From IMG/VR virus record IMGVR_UViG_3300041956_000347: a stretch of 27,151 bases of DNA; one strand, written 5' to 3'. This stretch comes from a virus. The notes beneath the pieces are model-generated. The model was not told where the DNA came from and ran no database searches. It saw only the letters and a list, made by a program, of their open reading frames with translations. A program made the translations under genes and the position numbers. Position 1 is the stretch's first letter, and each line of letters begins with the position of its first letter. Positions 14,294 to 21,118 of this stretch are shown in pieces.

Positions 14294-14479
14294 ATGCCCA
14301 CTAGCGTCCAGGAGAAAATCCGGAGAGCTCTCCGCCGAGGCCCGCTCTATGAGCCGGTCCTCGCCTATGCGGTAGGCGCCTCGCCGGCCCACGTTCGGCG
14401 GGTCCTCCGCCATATGCGGGCCGCCGGAGAGGTGGAGCTCGTTCCGCCGGCCACCTGGCGCCTTACAGAGGAGGAGTAA
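14294..14479 (+). CDS. Small winged-helix protein, 61 aa (candidate repressor or integration-directionality regulator)
   Basis: wHTH-like sequence ending ATWRLTEEE. Immediately followed by the integrase ATG (GAGGAGTAAATG). Confidence 0.6.
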   Translation: MPTSVQEKIRRALRRGPLYEPVLAYAVGASPAHVRRVLRHMRAAGEVELVPPATWRLTEEE

Positions 14480-15892
14480 ATGGCCCGCCGGCCTAAAGCC
14501 GTTGGCGTCGTCCGCGTTTCTAAGGTCGGACGCCGGCGCAATAACGCGGAGACGGGGGAGCGGTTCCGTTCCCCGGAGGAGCAAACCGCCGCTATCCAGG
14601 AGCTCGCCGAGCGGCTCGGCCTCGAGCTCGTAGCGGAGTTCGAGGACTTGAACCTCTCCGGTGGGATCATGGACCGGCCCGGATTGAACGCCGCCGTTCG
14701 GATGATTCAGGAGAAACAGGCGTCCGTTCTCCTGGTGGCGTGGCTGGACCGTTTCGCCAGGGACGTAAAAGGCGGCCTCGAGACGCTGGACGTTATCGAG
14801 GCCCACGGCGGTTCCCTCTACGCCTCCGATTTCGAGCTCGATACGCGGGAGCCCGATGGCCGGATGATGCTCCAATTTTATCTCGCCATTTCGGAGCGGG
14901 AGCGAAAGGTAAAAGGCCGCCGCATGAACGCCGCCGCCGTAGCGGCGAACCTCGAGGGGATAAAGGTAGGAGCTCTCCCTCCGGGCCTTATGAAAGGCCA
15001 GGGCCGGCTCGTAGTCCTGGACCCGGAGCGGGCGGACCTGGTGGAGCCGCTTTTCCAGCGGGCCGCGGCCGGCGAGTCCTGGGGGGCGATGCGTTCCTGG
15101 TGGGCGTCCGAGACGGGGGACCGGCTCTCGAACGAGGCTCTCCGCGGAATGCTCTCGAACCGTAACTACCTCGGCGAGCTCTCGTTCGCCGGCGTCGTCT
15201 CCCCGGTTCGCCATGAGGCCCTCGTCTCCGAGGAGCTCTACAATTCGGCTCAGAGGGTGAAATCTCAGAGGCCGCCGAGGAAACGCCCGCCGAGCCTGTT
15301 GGCCGGCGTCCTCACCTGTTCGAGTTGCGGCCATCCGATGACGCCCTCCGTGGACGGCGCCGGCGTCCGGATCTACAAGTGTCAGAGCCGCCAGAATGTT
15401 TCGTGGACCTGTCCGCGTCCGCTCTCGGTTCGGCTCGAGCTCGCCGACGCCTGGGTGGAGTCGGAGCTCCTCCGCTGGGCCGGCGACGAGACGGCGGAGA
15501 CCACCGGCGAGTACGCCGGGGCGTTCGAGGAGGCGGACCGTCTCGTAACGGAGGCGGGCGAGGCCCTGGCCAGGGCGAGGCGAATCCTCCTGAAATCGGG
15601 TGGGGACGAGGAGGAGGCGGCGGAGGAGCTCGCCGAGCTCCGCGGGGCCCTCGAGGAGGCCCAGGCGGCGAGGGGACGTCTCGAGCTCGAGCAGGCGGCC
15701 GCCGGCGTCCGCTACCAGGTCCGGACGGAGTGGAACGCCGGCCGGCTCTCCCTCGAGCAAAAACGGCGATACCTCCGGGCGGCTCTCGAGAGCGTGGCGG
15801 TGCAACCGGCTCCCCTAACGGCCGGCGGTGGTAGGGCTCGAGTCCCGGTTTCCGTCCGGATTCCCCCGGCTGGGTTTGTCTGGACGGGGTGA
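14480..15892 (+). CDS. int: Large serine recombinase (phage integrase)
   Basis: N-terminal resolvase domain (VGVVRVSK...), recombinase domain, Zn ribbon CSSCGHPM...YKCQSR...C, and C-terminal coiled coil. Confidence 0.9.
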   Translation: MARRPKAVGVVRVSKVGRRRNNAETGERFRSPEEQTAAIQELAERLGLELVAEFEDLNLSGGIMDRPGLNAAVRMIQEKQASVLLVAWLDRFARDVKGGLETLDVIEAHGGSLYASDFELDTREPDGRMMLQFYLAISERERKVKGRRMNAAAVAANLEGIKVGALPPGLMKGQGRLVVLDPERADLVEPLFQRAAAGESWGAMRSWWASETGDRLSNEALRGMLSNRNYLGELSFAGVVSPVRHEALVSEELYNSAQRVKSQRPPRKRPPSLLAGVLTCSSCGHPMTPSVDGAGVRIYKCQSRQNVSWTCPRPLSVRLELADAWVESELLRWAGDETAETTGEYAGAFEEADRLVTEAGEALARARRILLKSGGDEEEAAEELAELRGALEEAQAARGRLELEQAAAGVRYQVRTEWNAGRLSLEQKRRYLRAALESVAVQPAPLTAGGGRARVPVSVRIPPAGFVWTG

Positions 15893-15979
15893 GACGATCC
15901 GGACGGCCTCGGTGCCGGCGAGCTCCCTGGCGATTTCGAGCCAGGCTCTCTGGCGGGGCGTGAGGGCCGGCTGGGTCAT
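15815..15979 (-). CDS. 54-aa micro-ORF (MTQPALTPRQRAWLEIARELAGTEAVRIV...)
   Basis: ATGA overlap with the upstream micro-ORF (15976-79). Its 3' 78 nt overlap the integrase 3' end convergently, and its C-terminus looks unstructured. Confidence 0.3.
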   Translation of the reverse strand: MTQPALTPRQRAWLEIARELAGTEAVRIVSPRPDKPSRGNPDGNRDSSPTTAGR

Positions 15980-16155
15980 AGTCGGTGGACGTTCCCCTTG
16001 GGGCCGAGGCGTTCCTCGAGCTCGGCGGCGCCGGGGAGCTCCTCCTCCCAGTCGCCCTCGAGGGGACGGGCCAGGTAGACGAACAGGCCGGCGAGGGCGA
16101 GGACGGCGACCCAGAGGCCCACGAACAGGAGGGTTAGCTCCCAGCCGTTCATCAT
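15976..16155 (-). CDS. 59-aa single-pass membrane peptide (MMNGWELTLLFVGLWVAVLALAGLFVYLARP...)
   Basis: Clear ~22-residue hydrophobic helix followed by an acidic tail. ATGA overlaps at both ends. Just below the track cut-off. Confidence 0.5.
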   Translation of the reverse strand: MMNGWELTLLFVGLWVAVLALAGLFVYLARPLEGDWEEELPGAAELEERLGPKGNVHRL

Positions 16156-16301
16156 GGGGAGGCCCAGCGGACGAGGGTTTCCCAGCGGAGGGCTTTCGCC
16201 TCGGCCACCTCTCGGATTCGAGCCTCGATAGCCCGGACGGTTCCGCGGTTCCCCTGGGCGGCGACGAGGAGCCGGCGCCGGCGGGCCCGCGTGGGCGTCA
16301 T
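16152..16301 (-). CDS. 49-aa basic helical micro-ORF
   Basis: ATGA overlaps with the double-HTH gene stop (16298-16301) and with the next ORF (16152-55). Confidence 0.4.
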   Translation of the reverse strand: MTPTRARRRRLLVAAQGNRGTVRAIEARIREVAEAKALRWETLVRWASP

Positions 16302-17020
16302 TCGCTGGGCTCCTCGGGCTCGGCCTCTCGGCTGTTGAGGTAGGCGAGGAATTCGGCTCGGCGGATTCGGACGGCGCCGCCGGGGCGGCCGTAGTAGCGA
16401 AAATAGAACCGCGTCCCTCGGCTCGCCTTATGCCAGTTATCCACGGTCCGAACGTGGACGCCGGCGATGGCGGCGGCCTCCTGGCGGGTGATGTACTCGG
16501 CGAGTTCGGGCTCGAGCTCGGCGGCGGTTGCGGCGGTCACGGCGGGGAGGCTAGTCCCGCTGTCAATTGCCCTAGTTGTCACCTCCTCCCCCTTGTTGGC
16601 ACGGCGTTTCCTCCCGTTACTCTCCTGTCGCCTCTCTATTTTTCTCGCATTTTCCGGGAGACTCCGCCACGCCTCGAGCTCGGCGGGCCGGACTCGCCAC
16701 TCGCCGGCGAGGACGGTAGCCGGCATCCGGCGGCCCTGGAGCTCCTTGTAGACGAACGCCTCATCCACGCCGAGGACGGCCGCCACGGCCGCCGTGGTGA
16801 GGAGCCGCCGCCTTACCACGGAGTTCGAGTGGGAGCTCGTACTCCGAGGAGACAATGGGCGGAGCCGAACGCGGGCCCGGTGGCAACGAGGGCGAGACTG
16901 GCCATAACGAGGCCGAGGCTCGTTCTCCATCGCCGCAGTAGCTCGGCCTCCACCGGCTACCACCTCCCTAGGTTCCGGCTCTGGTCCCGCCTCGGCCTCG
17001 CCGGTTGCAGAGAGGGTCAT
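16298..17020 (-). CDS. Protein with two excisionase/MerR-type HTH domains joined by a basic linker (true start uncertain, probably downstream of 17020)
   Basis: LLTTAAVAAVLGVDEAFVYKEL...WRVRPAELEAW and YITRQEAAAIAGVHVRTVDNW...VRIRRAEFLAYL. The first ~70 codons are R/S/P-rich and lack an SD. Confidence 0.6.
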   Translation of the reverse strand: MTLSATGEAEAGPEPEPREVVAGGGRATAAMENEPRPRYGQSRPRCHRARVRLRPLSPRSTSSHSNSVVRRRLLTTAAVAAVLGVDEAFVYKELQGRRMPATVLAGEWRVRPAELEAWRSLPENARKIERRQESNGRKRRANKGEEVTTRAIDSGTSLPAVTAATAAELEPELAEYITRQEAAAIAGVHVRTVDNWHKASRGTRFYFRYYGRPGGAVRIRRAEFLAYLNSREAEPEEPSE

Positions 17021-17084
17021 ACCAGGCCGAGAGAGGTAAATCCAGGAGAGGCCGGCTCCCCCTTCTAGCTGAGTGTGCTCCTCC

Positions 17085-17981
17085 TCACGCGGGGATGCCG
17101 GCCTCGTCCAGGAGGCTTACGATTTCGTCCCGGACGGCGTTCCATTTCGCGTCCGAGTTGCCGGCCTGGGCGATGCGTCGGCAGACAGTGAGGCGAGCTC
17201 GAGGTTTCGTCTCGGTGCCCCAATTCTGGGCGGCCGCCTGGACGGCGAATTCGATGGCCGTCCGGGCCTGGGTATCGGTTACGGGTTCCATTTCGTCCTC
17301 CGGTTCGGGCTCGGGCTCGGGCTCGGGCTCGGGCGTACAAGGATCGTGGGAGCCGGTGGGGGCCCACCGCTGATACTGGCCGCCGCAATCATCCGCGGTG
17401 TAAATGCCGAACGGGGAATGGAGCTCGTAGAGCTCGGGCGTCTGGCCGGCGTAGGAGCCGAAACAGAAAACCACGCACCGAACGCCGCGGCGATGCCACT
17501 CGGTCCGGCATCCCTCGGGGTCCTTCGATGGCTCCGACTCGGCGGGGAAGATTTGCGGGATGACGGGAACCGTCTCGAACGGCGTCCAATCGGTGGCGCC
17601 GAACGGCCACGCCTCTACGCTCATGGCGTAGTCTCGGGCGCCGAGGACGTCCGCAATATGGCGGGTGAGGGTATCGCCGGAGCCGTCGAGTTCCTTCTCG
17701 GAGTTCACGATAAGGGACGAATCCCAGGCGTCCGCGATGCTTACGAGCTCCTGGAGCATAGCCTCATCCCAGGTGGTCCCGGTGGCGGTTCGAGCCCAGG
17801 GCCCGCATTCCACGCCGGCGGAGTAGGCCCGGTCCCGGATGGTTTGCCACGCCTCCGCCGGAAAGTCTCGGACGTTACAGTAGACGGCGCCGAAACCGGC
17901 GGCGGCCATGGCGGCCACGTTCCCGTCCGAGCCGTCCGGGGCCCGGAGGACCATATGGTTCCGCTCGAGGAATACGCTCAT
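17085..17981 (-). CDS. Second lysis-module protein, 298 aa: N-terminal glycoside-hydrolase-like (TIM-barrel-like) domain, (PE)n linker, ~60-aa helical C-domain
   Basis: Position directly after the amidase. The N-domain only loosely resembles GH25/Rv2525c-like lysins, so function confidence is low. Confidence 0.5.
   Translation of the reverse strand: MSVFLERNHMVLRAPDGSDGNVAAMAAAGFGAVYCNVRDFPAEAWQTIRDRAYSAGVECGPWARTATGTTWDEAMLQELVSIADAWDSSLIVNSEKELDGSGDTLTRHIADVLGARDYAMSVEAWPFGATDWTPFETVPVIPQIFPAESEPSKDPEGCRTEWHRRGVRCVVFCFGSYAGQTPELYELHSPFGIYTADDCGGQYQRWAPTGSHDPCTPEPEPEPEPEPEDEMEPVTDTQARTAIEFAVQAAAQNWGTETKPRARLTVCRRIAQAGNSDAKWNAVRDEIVSLLDEAGIPA
17301..17336. repeat. Coding hexanucleotide microsatellite (GGGCTC)x4 plus degenerate flanking units, encoding PEPEPEPEPEPE
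   Basis: Read directly at 17307-17330, with flanks cggttc and gggcgt. Confidence 0.95.
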
Positions 17982-18082
17982 CGGGCCCGGATGCTCCCGA
18001 GGATGGCCTCGAGGGCCTCGGCGATACGCTCGAGGGCGTTTACGGCGTCATCGAACCGCCTGGCGAGCTCCTCGAGGTTCAC
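17978..18082 (-). CDS. 34-aa helical micro-ORF between the two lysins (VNLEELARRFDDAVNALERIAEALEAILGSIRAR)
   Basis: GTGA overlap with the amidase stop (18079-82) and ATGA overlap with the next start (17978-81). It fills an otherwise 97-nt gap. Confidence 0.4.
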   Translation of the reverse strand: MNLEELARRFDDAVNALERIAEALEAILGSIRAR

Positions 18083-18852
18083 GCTCGGAGGGCCTTATCG
18101 TAGTCCTCGAAACGGTCCGAGGCGGACTGGGAATCGACGGTAAAAACCTCGAGTCCCTGTTTCTTTAGCCAGTCCTTTTCGGGGCCCGGAACCTGGCGCA
18201 TGAGGCCCGAATCGAACGCGGCATACCATCGGTCTCTATCGCCGGTTACATCGTGAATGAGATACAGAGCCATTTCCTCACCTCCTCCAAAGGCGCCGAG
18301 GTAGACCCTCGGCTTACGCTTTACTGGCGGCGCCGGGGCGGCTCCGCCTTTCGCCATATCGAGAACGTAGTCCATCGGGAAACCGCCGCCACAATCCCAG
18401 TGGCCGCCTCCCCAGGAACCTAGGTTTTCATGCTGGCAGACTCCGCGGCCGGAGCCCTGGGCCTGGGAGTCCGTGAGCGCCGAGAGCGGGAGCCCGAAAT
18501 AGTCCGCCTCCTCGGCCACCCAGAGGGCGCAATTCTCGAGCATGTTTGGGTGGCGCATCCATTCGTCTCGGCTCCAGGACGCGAAAGCGCAGAGCTCCAT
18601 AGAGACGGCCACGGGGTTAGCGTTCCCCTGGGTCCAGGCTTTATCGGGCCGGCGGACGTATTCGGCTATCACCCTTTTTTTATCGTCGGCGCCGGTATGA
18701 GAGGAGACGCCGCTCGAGCTCGAGGCGAAAAAGTTTCCGAGCTCCTCGATAGTCCGGGCTCCCTCCGCGGTATGGACCACGATGAGGCGGACGGCGGAGC
18801 CGCCTCGGCTCGAGTAGTTCGGGCTGGGCATCGGTTTACGGGTTAGAGCCAT
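18079..18852 (-). CDS. N-acetylmuramoyl-L-alanine amidase endolysin (Amidase_2/PGRP-like) with unknown ~80-aa C-domain
   Basis: PSPNYSSRGG..VRLIVVHTAEG...SSH...SMELC...HWDCGGGFP. Confidence 0.85.
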   Translation of the reverse strand: MALTRKPMPSPNYSSRGGSAVRLIVVHTAEGARTIEELGNFFASSSSGVSSHTGADDKKRVIAEYVRRPDKAWTQGNANPVAVSMELCAFASWSRDEWMRHPNMLENCALWVAEEADYFGLPLSALTDSQAQGSGRGVCQHENLGSWGGGHWDCGGGFPMDYVLDMAKGGAAPAPPVKRKPRVYLGAFGGGEEMALYLIHDVTGDRDRWYAAFDSGLMRQVPGPEKDWLKKQGLEVFTVDSQSASDRFEDYDKALRA

Positions 18853-19061
18853 CGCCGAATCCAGTCCAGGAGCCGCCGCCGAGGGCGGATGCTCGCCTCC
18901 CGCTCTCGCCGGTCCTCCTCGGATTCAGTCCAGCGGGGGCCCTCTCGTTTCTGGCGGGCCCGCTCCCGGTCCCAGTCGAATACGGCGCCGTGGCGGGCCC
19001 ATGGGTGGGACGGCTCCTCGGGTGGTTCGGGCCGCGGTGGCGGCCACTCGGTCTCTCTCAT
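18843..19061 (-). CDS. Hypothetical charged Pro/Arg/Glu-rich protein, 72 aa, in the lysis cassette
   Basis: ATGA overlap with the upstream ORF (19058-61). Overlaps the amidase start by 10 nt. Confidence 0.45.
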   Translation of the reverse strand: MRETEWPPPRPEPPEEPSHPWARHGAVFDWDRERARQKREGPRWTESEEDRREREASIRPRRRLLDWIRRWL

Positions 19062-19240
19062 GGTCTCTCGTCCTTTCGGGGGAGCTCGTCCTCGTCTCGG
19101 TCCCGTTCATAGAAAACGCCGAACCGGACTCGCCGAATCCTGTCGTCGCCGTGAACGAGCCGCCATACGACGATAAGCGCCAGGGCGAGAACAAACCCAA
19201 CCACGCTAATCGTAACGGTGTTAGCGGTGTTAGCGGTCAT
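19058..19240 (-). CDS. Single-TM holin-like/lysis-regulator peptide, 60 aa
   Basis: One hydrophobic helix (ISVVGFVLALALIVVW) plus a charged tail. ATGA overlaps at both ends. Contains the 9-bp tandem GGTGTTAGC x2 (19217-19234). Confidence 0.55.
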   Translation of the reverse strand: MTANTANTVTISVVGFVLALALIVVWRLVHGDDRIRRVRFGVFYERDRDEDELPRKDERP

Positions 19241-19449
19241 GGAGTTTTTCCGTTCGTGCCGGCGCCGTTACGTTGGCGGTGCTCATGCTCATGGAGAGCC
19301 TCTAACGCTACCCATACGCCGAGCACGATTAGGCCGGCCGCCATTAGCATCCCGCCGACAACTCGGTCATCCTCTTTAACGGCGGTAACGGCGCCGGTGA
19401 ACAGGAGCGCAACCGCCGAGAAAAGCGAGACGAGACGATGCCCGGTCAC
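19237..19449 (-). CDS. Two-TM holin candidate, 70 aa (GTG start)
   Basis: Two hydrophobic helices. GAGGAGGAGG lies upstream. Sits immediately before the lysis genes. Confidence 0.6.
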   Translation of the reverse strand: MTGHRLVSLFSAVALLFTGAVTAVKEDDRVVGGMLMAAGLIVLGVWVALEALHEHEHRQRNGAGTNGKTP

Positions 19450-19451
19450 GG

Positions 19452-19643
19452 CTAGGCGGCCTCCTCCTCCTCGGCCGGCCGCCGGAGCTCGAGCTCGAGC
19501 TCGGCGATTCGAGACTGGAGGGCGTCCACTACATCGGCGAGGATGGCGTCCAGCCGGTGGGCGAGCTCGTAGAGGTCTCGAGGGACGTCCGGGCTATCGC
19601 CGAGCTCTGGGAACGGGAATTGGAACCGCTGGGTGAGGCCCAT
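19452..19643 (-). CDS. 63-aa protein: fibre-type N-terminal anchor motif plus coiled coil
   Basis: FQFPFPELGDSPDVPRDLYELAHRLD aligns 12/26 with the N-terminus of the 418-aa fibre (YALPYPAESDDADVPVDMQELAAALD). Confidence 0.55.
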   Translation of the reverse strand: MGLTQRFQFPFPELGDSPDVPRDLYELAHRLDAILADVVDALQSRIAELELELRRPAEEEEAA

Positions 19644-19646
19644 GGG

Positions 19647-19829
19647 TTACTCCGTCTCCGGACTGGCCGGAGTTCCGGCGATTCCCTGTTGGTTCGTCTG
19701 GAGTGAGACGTAGGCGAAATCGTTAGCGGGGTTTCCGCCGAGAGCGGCGAGGACCTGTTCGGCGGCCTGTTGAGCGGTAAAGGCGAAACTATCGCCCTCC
19801 TCGAGGACTACGGTAGCGTTCACTTGCAC
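19647..19829 (-). CDS. Hypothetical 60-aa protein (GTG start; the track ORF 19647..20045 is trimmed)
   Basis: GGAGAGGAGGGAG SD lies 5 nt before the GTG at 19829, directly after the fibre TAG. Confidence 0.5.
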   Translation of the reverse strand: MQVNATVVLEEGDSFAFTAQQAAEQVLAALGGNPANDFAYVSLQTNQQGIAGTPASPETE

Positions 19830-19846
19830 GGAGTCTCCCTCCTCTC

Positions 19847-21103
19847 CTAGGCGAGACGTCGGGGGCGGACGCGGATAACGCGGTTCGTGAAATGGGTCTG
19901 GGCCTGGTTTTGGTAATACCGGAGCCGGATATCTCCGCCGGCGCCTACGGCGGGAGCTACGGCGATAACGGTAAATCCGATTTGGGAGTTTACTACGGCG
20001 GCCACGTAGGAGGAGGAGGCCGCCGAGGCGGTACTCCCCACCCATATCCCGATAAATCCGGTTACGTTGGCGGTGGAGCCGTGGTAGACGCTAACCATTC
20101 CGTCCACCTCGTACTCCCCGGCTCGAGGAACGAAAACCCGCGTAATGGTGGCGGTGTCTAGCCACTGAGCCGTAGTGGCGCCGAGGTTCTCATCGATGGC
20201 GTTACTCGTTACCACCGAATCGCCGCCGAGGAAAACCCATTTGTTGGCGTCCGTTATCGAGGCGGTGTAACGGAGCCGCCACTGGTACGTCGGAGCGGTG
20301 AGGGAGTCCGTAAGTATGTACTCCTGGCCATCGGTGGGCGAGGCGGGGAGCGTTGTCCCGATGCCGATTACGCCGGAGGGCGGCGCCGCCCATTTCACGC
20401 CGAGAGCCTGGGCGGCGTCGGCGGTGAGAACCTGGCCGTCCGAGCCTACGCCGAGCCTGGCGGCCGTATCGTTGGCCGATGCCGCGATGAGGTCCCCCTT
20501 AGCGTCCAGGAGGCTCGGCGGGATGCCGGCGCCGCCGGATACCGGGGGAATCCATTTGAGGCCGGCCGGCTGGGTGGAGTCCGAGCTCAGGACTTGGCCG
20601 TCCGCCCCAGCGGCCACGCGGGCCACAACGTCCGGGGCCGTGGCGGCGATGAGGTCTCCCTTTACGTCTACGAGGGTGGCGGGGATGCCGCTGGGCGCCG
20701 CCCATTTCACTCCTAGGGCCTGGGCGGAGTCCGCCTGGAGTACCTGGCCATCGGCGCCCACCGGGACGCGGGCGGGCGTATCAGGGCCGGTGGCGCCGAG
20801 GAGGTCCCCTTTGGCGTCCGGGAGCGTTACGGGAATGTAGGAGCCGGCTGGGCCCGGTTTCCAGGAGACGCCCTCGGCCGCGGTGCTATCGGCGGTTAGG
20901 ACCGTATCGTTTGGGCCTACATGCTTTACGGCGATGGCGCCCGGACCGCCGCCGCCGACGATGAGGTCCCCTTTGGCGCCGTAGAGTGACTTTCCCAGGA
21001 TGATGCCATCGAGGGCCGCGGCGAGCTCCTGCATATCCACCGGGACGTCGGCGTCATCGGATTCGGCCGGATAGGGGAGAGCGTAGTTTGGCGTGGTTCC
21101 CAT
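19847..21103 (-). CDS. Tail fibre/minor tail protein with four ~50-aa KGDL...DGQVL...GVKW repeats and a C-terminal receptor-binding-like domain
   Basis: Repeats span aa 43-241 (nt 20381-20977). The N-terminal motif NYALPYP...DVP is typical of actinophage minor tail proteins. Confidence 0.75.
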   Translation of the reverse strand: MGTTPNYALPYPAESDDADVPVDMQELAAALDGIILGKSLYGAKGDLIVGGGGPGAIAVKHVGPNDTVLTADSTAAEGVSWKPGPAGSYIPVTLPDAKGDLLGATGPDTPARVPVGADGQVLQADSAQALGVKWAAPSGIPATLVDVKGDLIAATAPDVVARVAAGADGQVLSSDSTQPAGLKWIPPVSGGAGIPPSLLDAKGDLIAASANDTAARLGVGSDGQVLTADAAQALGVKWAAPPSGVIGIGTTLPASPTDGQEYILTDSLTAPTYQWRLRYTASITDANKWVFLGGDSVVTSNAIDENLGATTAQWLDTATITRVFVPRAGEYEVDGMVSVYHGSTANVTGFIGIWVGSTASAASSSYVAAVVNSQIGFTVIAVAPAVGAGGDIRLRYYQNQAQTHFTNRVIRVRPRRLA

Positions 21104-21118
21104 GGGCGTCCCTCCTCT

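Noticed and set aside
14210-15805. 531-aa minus-strand ORF, the longest ORF in this part of the window
   Set aside because: It lies entirely antisense to the clearly recognisable serine integrase. Its composition is R/P/G/L-rich and no motif is recognisable. This is a typical shadow ORF of a high-GC gene.
15893-15975. attP next to the integrase; I also examined 14214-14293 and 17021-17084
   Set aside because: I found only weak, short dyads (e.g. GCCAG-gctct-CTGGC) with no convincing ~40-50-bp imperfect inverted repeat. attP cannot be called from this sequence alone.
17301-17336. Short tandem repeats as a possible CRISPR or other array: (GGGCTC)n here, (GAGCTC)n near 19485-19505 and GGTGTTAGC x2 at 19217-19234
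   Set aside because: All are in-frame coding microsatellites (PE, EL and TAN repeats). They have no spacers and no array architecture. There is no CRISPR in the window.
9839-19061. Shared MRETE + Pro-rich N-termini of the 30-aa ORF (9839..9931) and the 72-aa ORF (18843..19061), suggesting paralogy
   Set aside because: Only five identical residues followed by low-complexity Pro/Glu sequence, and the DNA is not similar. This is probably coincidence.
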